DNA of 64,000 bases from contig JAWOEX010000028.1 in NCBI GenBank assembly GCA_046482545.1, positions 256,001 to 320,000 on the forward strand, in the 5' to 3' direction. The position numbers and the translations under genes were made by a program. How positions within the stretch are numbered: the first letter of the stretch is position 1; each line of letters begins with the position of its first letter. Under the pieces are notes generated by a model that made no database searches, was not told the DNA's origin, and worked only from the letters and a program-made list of their open reading frames with translations. Below, piece after piece: positions 50,102-61,213 of the stretch. The DNA comes from Candidatus Thorarchaeota archaeon. GTDB lineage: Archaea > Asgardarchaeota > Thorarchaeia > Thorarchaeales > Thorarchaeaceae.

Positions 50102-51655
50102 ATGGAAATCAAAGCAGACCTTGTTGCCTTCAATGGCAATATCATTACTATGAACCCTGAACAACCGACTGCAACATCTGTGGCAGTCAAGAGTTACAAG
50201 GTTCTGGCTGTAGGAAGCGATGATATGGTCATGGATCTGAGTTCTACGGCTAACAGGGTCATAGACCTTGGGGGTAAGACTGTTATCCCGGGTTTCGTTG
50301 ATGCCCATTGCCATCTCACATCCAAAGGCATCCGGTCATCCTATGTCCATCTACAGGATACCACTTCACCCCAAGAGGTCATGAAGCGGTTGAAGGCGGA
50401 GATTCCCAATTACGACAAGGGTGAGTGGATAAGAGGCTACGGCTGGGATGAAAGCAATTGGGATGAAAAGCGTTATCTCACCAGAAAAGACTTGGATGAG
50501 GTCAGCAAAGAAAATCCCATAGCAATAGACCGTGTTGATTTACATCTTGCATCAGTGAATAGCATGGCCCTCGAAGAACTAGGAATCAACCTCAACCAAG
50601 AAGGTGTAGAGAAGAACAAGAAAGGCAAACCTACTGGTGTGCTTAAAGACATAGAAGGGCTTTATGATAATATCAGACCTAGCGATGATGATATCTACGA
50701 GGGGGTTATTGCCGGCAATAGACTAGCAAATGAAGTGGGTATAACTACTGCAATTGATAACGCTCCCGCAGGATACCTTCGAGAACTGCGTAGAGCAGAA
50801 AGAGCCAACAAACTCACTGCAAGAATGATTGTGAATCCTCCAGTAGCCCAGATAGATCATCTTACTGAGCTGGGTATAACATCAGGAATGGGAGGTGGCA
50901 TGGTTCGGATTGGTGGCGTCAAAATCTTCACCGACGGTTCGATTGGTGCCCGAACAGCAGCAGTTTCCGAGCCATATGCTGATGACAAAGGCAACACCGG
51001 TAAACTGTTCATGGAAAAAGAGGAATTCTCAAGCATCATCGAAAAAGCTATGGAGAACGATGTTCAGACAGTTACACATGCAATTGGTGATCGTGCTATC
51101 GAGATGGTGATTTCCGCCTTTGAAAATTCAAGTTATCCTGACAGAATACGGAATCAACGCCATAGGATTGAACATGTCGAGATGATAAGCCTAGAACAGA
51201 TCCGACGTGCCGCTAGTCTGGGACTGATACTTTCAATGCAACCCAACTTCGTCGGCAGGTGGCAGCAGAAGGCGGGGTTGTATATGGATAGACTAGGTGA
51301 AGATAGGGTTGCTACCATGAATATGTTCAAGGCAGCTATAGACAATAGTGCGCGGGTATGCTTTGGGTCAGACGGAATGCCCCTAGGTCCAATATACGGA
51401 ATATGGTCTGCAATATCCCACTACAACCCCAAAGTAAGGCTTGATGTTGAGGAGGCCCTTCGGTGCTATACCATGGAAGGGGCATATTCATCATTTGCCG
51501 AGAACATTGTTGGCAGCCTGAAAGAAGGAAAAAGAGCCGATTTTGTGATCCTCTCTGACAATATTCTTGAAGTACCGCCCGAAGACGTGCGTGATATTGA
51601 AGTGGAAATGACCATCGTCGGCGGCAATGTGGAATATACTGCAACGCAAACTTGA
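50102..51655 (+). CDS. Amidohydrolase (YtcJ-like)
   Basis: PGFVDAHCH, KIFTDGSIGARTA, HAIGD, RIEH, GSD. Confidence 0.88.
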   Translation: MEIKADLVAFNGNIITMNPEQPTATSVAVKSYKVLAVGSDDMVMDLSSTANRVIDLGGKTVIPGFVDAHCHLTSKGIRSSYVHLQDTTSPQEVMKRLKAEIPNYDKGEWIRGYGWDESNWDEKRYLTRKDLDEVSKENPIAIDRVDLHLASVNSMALEELGINLNQEGVEKNKKGKPTGVLKDIEGLYDNIRPSDDDIYEGVIAGNRLANEVGITTAIDNAPAGYLRELRRAERANKLTARMIVNPPVAQIDHLTELGITSGMGGGMVRIGGVKIFTDGSIGARTAAVSEPYADDKGNTGKLFMEKEEFSSIIEKAMENDVQTVTHAIGDRAIEMVISAFENSSYPDRIRNQRHRIEHVEMISLEQIRRAASLGLILSMQPNFVGRWQQKAGLYMDRLGEDRVATMNMFKAAIDNSARVCFGSDGMPLGPIYGIWSAISHYNPKVRLDVEEALRCYTMEGAYSSFAENIVGSLKEGKRADFVILSDNILEVPPEDVRDIEVEMTIVGGNVEYTATQT

Positions 51656-51669
51656 AGGAAGGAATTGAA

Positions 51670-53478
51670 ATGGGGGAAGTCCAGGTCCTAAGCTCGGACA
51701 CGGTATCTCTCATTTCTGCAGGCGAGGTTATCGAGAGTCCTGCTTCAGTGGTAAAGGAGCTTATCGAAAATTCCCTTGACGCACAAGCTGACAGGATAAC
51801 AGTACAAATAGATAGCGGCGGAATCAATCGCATCAGTGTTTCTGACAATGGCGTAGGTATTCTTAGAGATGATTTGCACTGCTGTCTTGAACGATATTCT
51901 ACCAGTAAAATTCGAGATAAAGAAGACTTGCAGTCGATATCCACATACGGATTTCGTGGAGAGGCACTCTCAAGTATCGTTGCTGTTGCGGATGTGAGAA
52001 TCAAGACAAGACGTGCTGGAGAAGACCTCGCCTATGAGATTGCAGCTAGTGATAATGACATCTCACAAGTACGAACAACAAGTAGACCTACAGGGACAAC
52101 GGTAACTGTTACCGATATTTTTCAAAGAGTGCCGGCGAGAAGAAAACACCTTGACGGAATCCGTGCTGAAAGTCGTAAGGTAACTGATGTAGTAAGGCAA
52201 CATGCCATCATAAGAAATGACGTGGGATTCAAACTAGTCAGAGACAATAGCGTCGTTATGGATTGTCCGAAGGGTCAAAGCACAATAGATCGGGTATTGT
52301 GTGTTCTTGGATCAGAAATAGCAGCTGCAAGCACCACGATTGATTATACAGAGAATGGCATCGAAGTTACTGGCTTTGTAGCCCATCCCCTGCACTCAAG
52401 AGGAAATAGGGGCAGGGAATACATATCCGTAAGACGTAGACCAATATATAGCCAGAAGCTTGCCACTGCTATCGAAGCAGCCTATGGAACCCAGCTCATG
52501 AAAGGCCAATATCCCATTTGCTGCATAAATATAGAATTGGACCCACAGCAAGTTGACGAGAATGTTCATCCAAACAAACGGGAAGTGAAGATTTGGAACG
52601 TAGCAGAAGTTCTCAAGACCGTTCGACTGGCTGTCGAGATTGCTCTCGACAAAAGAGAAACGGCTACTGTTCCAACAGCACAGGACAGGATAAAGATTCC
52701 ACAATCAGGCCAAACAGAGATTGAATCCTCTGTTGAAACTGCCGAAGGAAGCAGCAGACAGGAGGAGCTTGCCCAGGGAGCGCCGCTACTTGAACAGGTA
52801 TCGCTTCAGCCTCTTGGCGATTCCACGATGGAACCTGAAGAAGTGGTATCCGGCCTGTTCAGAGTACTCGGTCAAATCCACAAACTCTACATCCTTCTTG
52901 AGGTTGAAGAGGGGCTGCTCATTGTTGATCAACATGCTGCTCATGAACGAATTCTATACGAACAATTACGAGAAGAAGTAGATATGGGACCTAGTTCGGT
53001 CCAAGAACTCCTTGAGCCTATCGTCCTGAATATGAACAAGGAAGATATCGAGGAAATAATGAAACGAAAAGACGCCCTTCAGACCTTGGGTTATTCCTTA
53101 GAACGCTTCGGGGATAGAGAGATTCTTGTTTCTACGATTCCCGACGTGCTTGGTAATAGGGGATCAAAGGATGAACTGGTTTCCCTGATTGATAGAATCC
53201 TTGATATCAACGAGAAATACGGAACAGAGAAATTCGAAGACGCATTGCTCAAGGTGACGACGTGTCACTCAGCAATTCGTGCGGGAGAATACCTCAGTAA
53301 GAAGGAATCCAAGGAATTGGTGCTAAATCTTCTCCACACAAAGAACAGATTCAATTGCTGTCACGGAAGGCCTTCTATGATGCTTCTTTCAAAGGATACG
53401 CTTGACAAGGCAATTGGGAGAAAAGGCCCTAAAGCAATTTTGCGATACATGGCACGACATCGAGTAGAGCCTGAATAG
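51670..53478 (+). CDS. mutL: DNA mismatch repair endonuclease MutL
   Basis: AGEVIE, KELIENSLDA, GFRGEAL, DQHAAHERILYE, CHGRP. Confidence 0.96.
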   Translation: MGEVQVLSSDTVSLISAGEVIESPASVVKELIENSLDAQADRITVQIDSGGINRISVSDNGVGILRDDLHCCLERYSTSKIRDKEDLQSISTYGFRGEALSSIVAVADVRIKTRRAGEDLAYEIAASDNDISQVRTTSRPTGTTVTVTDIFQRVPARRKHLDGIRAESRKVTDVVRQHAIIRNDVGFKLVRDNSVVMDCPKGQSTIDRVLCVLGSEIAAASTTIDYTENGIEVTGFVAHPLHSRGNRGREYISVRRRPIYSQKLATAIEAAYGTQLMKGQYPICCINIELDPQQVDENVHPNKREVKIWNVAEVLKTVRLAVEIALDKRETATVPTAQDRIKIPQSGQTEIESSVETAEGSSRQEELAQGAPLLEQVSLQPLGDSTMEPEEVVSGLFRVLGQIHKLYILLEVEEGLLIVDQHAAHERILYEQLREEVDMGPSSVQELLEPIVLNMNKEDIEEIMKRKDALQTLGYSLERFGDREILVSTIPDVLGNRGSKDELVSLIDRILDINEKYGTEKFEDALLKVTTCHSAIRAGEYLSKKESKELVLNLLHTKNRFNCCHGRPSMMLLSKDTLDKAIGRKGPKAILRYMARHRVEPE

Positions 53479-53615
53479 AATCAGTCCTTTATCAAGATTC
53501 CCAAAAAAAAGCGAAGATTTTTACTAGATAAAGTAGTATATTTTTACCAGAATACTCGTGGCTGAACTACAAGTTTCTTGTGTGACATGTATCAGGCCAG
53601 CGGGGACGGAATAAT

Positions 53616-54023
53616 ATGGCTGGCACGACCTGGTGGATAGCTAAAGAGTATCTTAAGAGGTTGGAAATCAACTTTGAGGAACACGGGAAAAAGACATTCA
53701 GCCTGTTTCCAACTACTCGCACGAAAACAGAAGAAATAGAGGTCTTTCCCGGCAAACAGTGGATAACGTTGACAACTAGATTGGCTGACCTTTCATCTCT
53801 TCAAGAGAGCAATCGACTTGAGTTCTATGAGCGCATTCTGAAAGCAAATGCCAAACTAGCAGAAGTCAATTTTGGGGTCGATAAGAGGGGTTATCTCATA
53901 ATACGCAATGTTATACCCGTTACAGGCATAAGTTTCGATTCATTCAACTCCATTTACAAGGCGCATTTGGTGGGAGCAGAATTTTTCAAAGAAAAGCTTC
54001 TGCCGGAGATTGAAACACAGTAG
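53616..54023 (+). CDS. YbjN / type III secretion chaperone-like fold protein
   Basis: 135 aa; FYERILKAN...FGVDKRG pattern. Confidence 0.5.
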   Translation: MAGTTWWIAKEYLKRLEINFEEHGKKTFSLFPTTRTKTEEIEVFPGKQWITLTTRLADLSSLQESNRLEFYERILKANAKLAEVNFGVDKRGYLIIRNVIPVTGISFDSFNSIYKAHLVGAEFFKEKLLPEIETQ

Positions 54024-54026
54024 ATT

Positions 54027-54055
54027 AAAAAAAGAGAAGAGGGGGAAACCCCCCT
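54027..54055 (-). terminator. Terminator of the surface-protein gene
   Basis: AGGGGG/CCCCCT stem followed on the minus strand by TCTTCTCTTTTTTT. Confidence 0.6.
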
Positions 54056-54064
54056 ACGTTTATT

Positions 54065-57000
54065 CTATCCCTGTCGGCGCTTGATAAGCACAACGATTAC
54101 TATTACCGCAAGTGCACCTCCAGCAATCAAGACCAAGACATCAGGTCCGAGTCCGCCACCAGGTCCAGTAGGTTGAGAAGTCGTGGTTGTAGTCGTTACT
54201 AATCCTTGTCCAACGATATACGATAGGACAGCAGATGTTGCTTCTCCTGCAGAGGTGTAGACGACAATCTGGAAAAAGACCTCTGTGTCTTCGGGATAGC
54301 CCTGAATGTCACCCACATAATGATTGGTAGCGTCGCACCACATGCCGGAAACTGAGCTCAAATCATCTGAGCTCGTGCCATAATGGATTTCGACATTATC
54401 TATCTGCTCCTCACTGTAGATGTCCACACCAACCGATACAGGTTCATTTGGTTGTGGTACTTGAGGATCTATCGTCAAAGATCCAAATTGGACACCACCC
54501 GGCTGAGCAGACGTTCCAGAATTGGATACATAGCTGACGAAAACAGGGTCTTGGTAGACACTGTATCCCTGCCACTCAGGGAATCCGATGGTCACATAGT
54601 ACATGTTCGAGCTGAATGTCCAAGCCGTGGCTGAACGACCCGAGCTCGATTCGTATGCCGATCGGAATGTTCCAAGCGGAGTGGTATGACTGACTACGTC
54701 ATACGGAGCACTTGTGTTCTTGCTCCAATCATAGGTGACCCCGCCCATAATCATTTCCGCAAAGCGGGCACCCGAAGTCTCAAACTCGAAGGTTTCAGAG
54801 CTCACTGTCTGCTCGTTGTCGGACAGGGTTCCGTTTGCCTTGAATGCGAAATCGGACATCGATACTTCGGCGAAGTAGTTCAAACCAAGAGACTTGTTCT
54901 CTAGATTGTCCCGACCGCCTATCATGTCGACTGACCAGTCACCAACAGTATTGTCAACTTTGAGATCTGCCCAGTTGTTGGTAGCATCGGCTGTCTCGTT
55001 GACGTGACCTTGGAAGTGAACCAAGAAGGACAGTTCATCGACGGTCACCTTGGTTGGTCTCTCATCGAAGGTTCTATAATCTGAACCCTCCTGGACACCG
55101 TCGTACCAGCCCCAGTACCCTTCCATCGTGCAAGGATAGACCGTTCCGTTGATGTCCTCGAAGGTCACACCCCATGTCACCTCATCGGTAAGGTTCACAC
55201 GAATGTCACCAGAGTCATCAGTGTTGCCGAATCTCTCACCAGGCTTCACAAAGGATACGTTGGCAACGGACTTGGGCATCAAATAGTGGCTCAATTCACC
55301 ACTCCCTGGATTTGTAAGGTCGACATCCATCTCACTGTTGTTGTTCATGTCCTCCCATATTAGGAGACCACTGTATTCGTAGTGCATGCCGATATTGAGG
55401 TAATGCTCCACATCGTCCTCGACTGTCGAGACTCCGTAGTCTTGACCAACTCCAAAGGATAGCCAAGTCCATGTTTGTTCGTTTGACGTAATCCAATCAT
55501 AGCCCTTCTCTTCGGCTTCAGCAACGATATCAGTCCAGGTAACGTTCTTTGCCATCCAAGCAATGTCCCAGTATCCAGGCTCGGGCTTACCTTCTTCGGT
55601 TCGAACTGTGCTGTTAATCTCGCTCCACTCAGTCTGATTGACGAGTTCCATTGTTTGAGCATCATACCAATAGAAGGTTTGGTTCCACTCGTAACTCCAA
55701 GTGAAGGTATCCAAACCCATCCACGATTGTAGATGCATCTCGTCACCGTATAGGGTGCCATTGGGATCCCAGTCAACACCAACCCACATCTTCTCCCACT
55801 CATGAGTCCATGAGTCAGTGGAAGAATACGCCTCTCGGATGTAGTATTGGTCATCGGTGGTGTCAAGATTTCCGTCGAGGTCAAGAGCGCCATTCTCCGG
55901 ATTTGTGGTCCATTTCTTGACTCCCCACATACCCCACTCAGGAGTGCCCAGGACAATGTCGTAGACATTCCTATACACAGCGCTTTGGATTGGCTGAGGA
56001 CCGTACACTAAGTCGTAACCCCAGCGTTCCCGCATCCTGTATATGTTCTCCTTGGAGGCATAAGCAGTCACATTCGAACCCTCATACGAGAAGCTGTAAA
56101 TCTCGTGTGACTCCTGAATATCCACAAATAGGTCTCCACTGTATGTAGCATTGTGGACATACCAAGTATCTTTCCAATAACCTTCCCACTCCCACAGGTA
56201 CGTCTCAGCCATGAAATCAAAATAGTTCATGCCTGTGGTCTCATTGTAATAGACCATAACACTGTGAGTATCAAGTACTGGTAGATCCTGATAGCCAGTC
56301 ATGTTGATCATTGTACCATTCAATGCTTCATAGTAGTGGAAACTCTCATTATCACTGTCAAACCATAAAGGCCACTCATTCAGAGAGTAGAACACGTCTC
56401 CAGAGTACTCGTACTCGTAGAGGCGAAGCAGCTGAGTAGAATTGACTATCCAAGTAGTCCCATTTGTGAGGGTGATGTAGTCATAGGCCCCATCAGGACC
56501 ACTGCCCTCACTAGGCCAAGAGTCACCATATTCGGTCGTATAATTGACCAAACCGATTTGAGTAAACAAAAGGCTATCATCGTAAGTACCCATTGGAGCA
56601 CTCCACCCAGCGCTAGTCGGATTCCAGATGTGAGTGCCGTTCGCTGTAGTATGCAGTGGAAGTGGATCCAGCAGAATCAATGAGTATGTCTCTCCACCTA
56701 TGTCTGTGAAATAGTCGTAAGACAAATTGTAAACAGGATACCAGGTTCCATTGACGGAGACTGATTTGGTTGTAGGTACCAATCCACCTTCGTTCTGCTT
56801 GTTGTTCAAATCGGAATGCCAATCTGCATTAGCACCAGGATAAGGCATCTCGTGTTTGACACCATTGATTTCGGTGAACCAGAACTTGTGTGTTTCCCAA
56901 GTGAAAAGCTTGACAGTTGAACTGTCATATTCGGCTTCAAAGTAGTGCTTGGGCCATGACACTCGATACCAGTGTCCGTCTATAGTTGTATAGTACCACC

Positions 57001-59383
57001 CGTCAGTTTCGTTATATTGTAGGTTATACAAGTTGCCATCAATGTCAGTCATGTAGTAAGAACTTGTTCTGCTATCCCATCTCCAATCCTCAGCCAGCTC
57101 GAGCGTATTGCTTTCGCCGTATCGAACGATCCACCCTTCATTTTGCCAGCCAAAATCAACATTGTCGTAGTACTCGATGTTGACGTTGCTGCTGTAATCT
57201 GCATAATCATCCCAACTCGTTCCTTGGTGTAGTACTCCGTCAAGGTCTAACCAGCTGTAGTAGGACTCGCCCCCGTAGTTCCAATGATGATGGTATTTCA
57301 TTGCAGTAAGGAAGGATTCACCAGTGCCAAGTGTGACATTGTAGATATGGACTGTTTCTTCAAAGGTCACATAGACCATAGTTCCGTTGACAAGCTCGTA
57401 TGTATAGACATCGGTGTCTGTTTCAGGGTCGTAGTGGTCATACATGAGCATGTTCTCATACGTCTCTCCGTTCCATGAATCATAGGTCTCGTGGACCTCG
57501 ATTGGTAGATTCTCACCGTCAATCTCGATGTATGGTGAGCTTCTCCCAAGCAGGATTTCATCACCAGTTTGAGCACACAGAACATCATTCTTGAAAGCTA
57601 GTTGAGGCTGAGCTGTTTCCATGAATACCTCCTTACCTTCGTGTTCAAACGAGTAAATCCACTCACGATCCCAGCTCTTGACTTCGTGTTGACCATAATC
57701 ACTGGAGTAATCCTCGTACCATGTATCATTCATGAATGCGAAGTTCCACCAGTAATTGGTTTCAGGAACAACTTCAGACATGTTCACCAACCATGAGACA
57801 TAGAGATCGCCCCCATTTGTCCATGTGGAGAAGTTCGAAGTCGTGCAGAAAGTTGAGTTCACCTTTGTGTACGCACTTCGGCGGTTAATCCACTCTTCTT
57901 GCCACTGTTCGGTCTTTTGGTTATAGAACCACGAGGCCCAGTGCCATCCCTCAACTTCTTTCCACTGCCATTCAGTGTAGTTACCATACACCCAGTCCCA
58001 TGTGTCGGTTGTCGTGTTGTAGACATAGTGCCATCCTGTGACATTCACCTTGACATAATCGTGGTAACTGCCGTATGTGTAATTCTGCTTCTCAGTGAAA
58101 TTGAAAGCGCTAAATGTCGGAGTACCATTAATATCATAGTCGACGGTATAAATCAGCTGTGACCAGCGCGACTCGTTTTCAGTCCAGTAGCCATCGCTTG
58201 TCTCTAGACTGAATTGTGCACCATCAATGTCATCTGCAATGGCGCCACCTCCCTGAAGTCGGCCCTTAACCATGAAATCTTCACTCTTCTCTACCGCAAA
58301 CATCCAGCTGTCAGGTGATTGACCGTCGGCGGTGAGAATCTTAGCAAGTGTCACTGGGCTCTCAATGGTAATCTCCTTGGCCATCTGATATTCCTGATCG
58401 GTTTGACGAGCAGTCTCACCATAGGTATCAGCCCAATAACGATTGTTTTCAGGTCCCATAACCAAGTCTTTGAATCGGAAACCTGAGTATTGGTCCGTCT
58501 TAGGCATCTCTTCAGTGAAGTGACCAACGAAATCCACACTAAATGCAGTATCGGTTTCCCGTGTGGTGCAAAGCGGCTCATTCAGTTCGTAGAAATTCGG
58601 TAGATCTTCTGGGAGAGGTTCATAGACGGTTATCTCTCGGTTCCATTCATCCTCAACGAGGTGATCGTATGGATAACCCCAGTAGGTGTAACCATAATAT
58701 CTATCCCAAGTACCACCAGCAGTTACGTTGTAAACATAGAACAGCTGTCTATCTACCCATCGAGTCTCATTGACGACTTCCTTAGTCCAAGTTCCAGTAT
58801 CTTCGTCCCATGTCTCGTTAAGCCAGTATATGTCTACTTCGTCTGAAGTGCCAAGATCAACCCACTTCCTTTGCTGGTGCTCACCATACACTTCATCCAT
58901 GTAGGTGACTTCTAGGCTCTCATTCCAGATATATGTGTCTAATGAGTCATCATATGTCCAGCCACCATAGTCTGTAATGTCTTCTGTGTGCCAGCCAGTA
59001 GTATTTACCCATGTCTCAATACCATCAGGCATATTGAATCCAAGTTGAACATAGCTGGGAGTATCGCCTGTGATATTGTATCGCATAATGAAGTCTGTTC
59101 CTCGACTCACAGAATATAGTGAATCGCCCTCCAAATCGACTTTCTCGAGGGTATAGGAACCACCTTTAGACCAGCTCCAAGCTTCCGAAGGCGACATGCC
59201 AACAGAAACTCCTTGGAATTCGTAGCCCGAAGCATATCCATAAGAACTGATACTATTGTAATCAGTATCCATGACGTCCATGTGCAATTCATAAAGACCC
59301 AAAGGTGCATCAGTAGTGAACTTCACAGCGAAATTCACGTAAAAGGCGCTTGAGTCACTGTGATTCGAACAATCATCAACAAC
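54065..59383 (-). pseudogene. Giant cell-surface glycoprotein, 3' part (interrupted by IS)
   Basis: Trp/Tyr/Asp-rich, many NxS/T sequons, DLDGNLD-type Ca-loop motifs, Thr-rich linker, C-terminal TM plus KRR. Confidence 0.85.
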
Positions 59384-60369
59384 GGCTCTGTAAAATAATT
59401 CATCGTGCAGCACACTCCAGGAAATTCACCTGTTGGATGTTGTGGAGGAGGACTTTGATCAACAGCTCTCGTCGCCGCTCTTTGTACCCCCTCGAGCTCA
59501 GACTTCCACCGAATCGTACCTTCAGCATGCTGAACACTGTTTCTGCAAGGCTTCGCTGGCCGTACTCATGTGTCCGTTTCCACTCATCCGGGTTCGCTTT
59601 ATACTCCCGCAGCAACCGCCCGTATCCTCTGTGACCCCGGGATCGAGCTCGTAGGTTCTGTTTGGGTTCGATAGCCGGGTAGGCACCCAGCTCGGTTACG
59701 AACTGAGCGTTCTTTCTGGAGATGTAGGCCTTGTCACCGTAGACCGTTGCAAGATGGCTAGCTGGCACCCGTCGCAACAGGGAAACCAGGTGCTTGGCAT
59801 CTCCTCCGGGTCGAACTCGAACCCGGGCGGCATGAACCAGTAAGCTATCAGTGTCCACGGCCGCGTGAAGGGCATGGAACCGTCGTCTCCGCGTCGTGTT
59901 GAACCGCACAGACGACCACTCACCACCAGTCCCATGGGAGAAGCCAGTGGCGTCCACGGCGACCCGTCTGGGTGGAGGGCGCCTCCTGGCAACAATCTCG
60001 TACAGCCGGTGAAGGCGCCGGGTATCCAGTCGTTTGAGAGCTCCGTTGAGGAGGGTGTGGCTGGGTGGACGTTGAAGACCCAGTCGATTGAGGAGCTCTG
60101 GCTGGAGGGCAAGCCAGGCTACGAAATCACGGTACCCCAGGCCTGCATCGAATTTGAGGCCGAGGAGAACAAACAGCACCGGGAGCGGGAACTCCACCGG
60201 TCGGCCACAGTGAGACCGGACATCCGGGATGGTATTGCAAAGGCTCATAAGCTCTTGAAGGAGATAGTGAAAACGGCGAGCTTTGGCCGCGTTGTATGAC
60301 CTATCGTAAGCCATAAATCATACGCCGTGGGCGACTCGCCTCTTAATCCTTGTATTATTTTACAGAGCC
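59384..60369 (-). mobile_element. Complete IS5-family (IS903-like) insertion sequence, 986 bp
   Basis: Terminal IRs GGCTCTGTAAAATAAT(T/A)CA (18/19 match); 9-bp direct repeat ATCAACAAC at 59375-59383 and 60370-60378. Confidence 0.95.
59400..60314 (-). CDS. IS5-family DDE transposase
   Basis: AVDATG, LHAAVD, YGDKAY, YGQRSLAETVFSMLK (Y-R-E-K signature). Confidence 0.93.
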   Translation of the reverse strand: MAYDRSYNAAKARRFHYLLQELMSLCNTIPDVRSHCGRPVEFPLPVLFVLLGLKFDAGLGYRDFVAWLALQPELLNRLGLQRPPSHTLLNGALKRLDTRRLHRLYEIVARRRPPPRRVAVDATGFSHGTGGEWSSVRFNTTRRRRFHALHAAVDTDSLLVHAARVRVRPGGDAKHLVSLLRRVPASHLATVYGDKAYISRKNAQFVTELGAYPAIEPKQNLRARSRGHRGYGRLLREYKANPDEWKRTHEYGQRSLAETVFSMLKVRFGGSLSSRGYKERRRELLIKVLLHNIQQVNFLECAAR

Positions 60370-60948
60370 ATCAACAACCAAATCAATAAATGAAGGCAGC
60401 ATTTCACCTTCTTCTTCACTTTCATTCCACTGGCTGCTATATGCAGACCAAACGTCTCCCCAGCCTTCAGACCGAAAAGTCATACCAAAGTCCGCTGAGA
60501 AGTTCCAATCTGGGGTCATATACCAACCATTGATTCTTACTTCGCTGAGGCTCGCATCTTCTGTGAAGATGCTCTTGGGAATAGTTGTTTGAAAAGTGAG
60601 AATCTCCCCTATCTCAGCATAGCTGTCATCAGCAACTTCGCTTCCGTTCTCGTGAAAAATTTTGAACTCCGGACTTGGTCCGAAAAGCCAGTTCTGATGC
60701 TCCCAGGTCCATTCGTCGCTTGTGCTATTCTTGTCTGAATCCCAGTGGACGTAAGTACCATTCTGTGGCTCTTCCGAATAAGTCTCATTTTCGCCAGGAT
60801 CCTCCTGAGAAAATGTGTACATTATCGGAGTATCTTGCTGACCAGATGAAATTCTAGCCATGTTAGAACCGGCATAAGCAAATGATACCATGAACAAGAG
60901 AATAGCGATTGTAGAAAATAGTATGTGTTGTCTATCTGTGTGTCGCAT
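60370..60948 (-). pseudogene. Giant cell-surface glycoprotein, 5' part with signal peptide
   Basis: Signal peptide; rejoins the 3' part in frame (DLVVD|DCSNHS) after removing the IS and one target copy. Confidence 0.88.
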
Positions 60949-61213
60949 GTTAATCTAAATCCCCTACGCTTTCCCAGCAGCATTCAATCTTTCTGAGCTT
61001 GCATACGTTCAAGCATAAGGTAGCAAAAGCATAGATTGATGCATGGGGAGCGCGGCATTAATCATACTATGAAGGGCTTCTTTACGATGAGATATAAAAT
61101 AAGCTTGCATGAATTGAAACAAACTAATTCCACGTAAGGGAACCGAGTTCTTGCCAACTCTGGGGCACCAAACACATCCTAAGTTTCGGGCACCAATCTA
61201 TTTGCTAATAGAT

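Noticed and set aside
54065-59413. 1782-aa ORF as a complete stand-alone gene
   Set aside because: Its first ten codons come from the IS end; the real N-terminus is 60370-60948
61163-61196. Direct repeat GGGCACCAA x2 upstream of the surface-protein gene
   Set aside because: Only two 9-bp copies; could be chance
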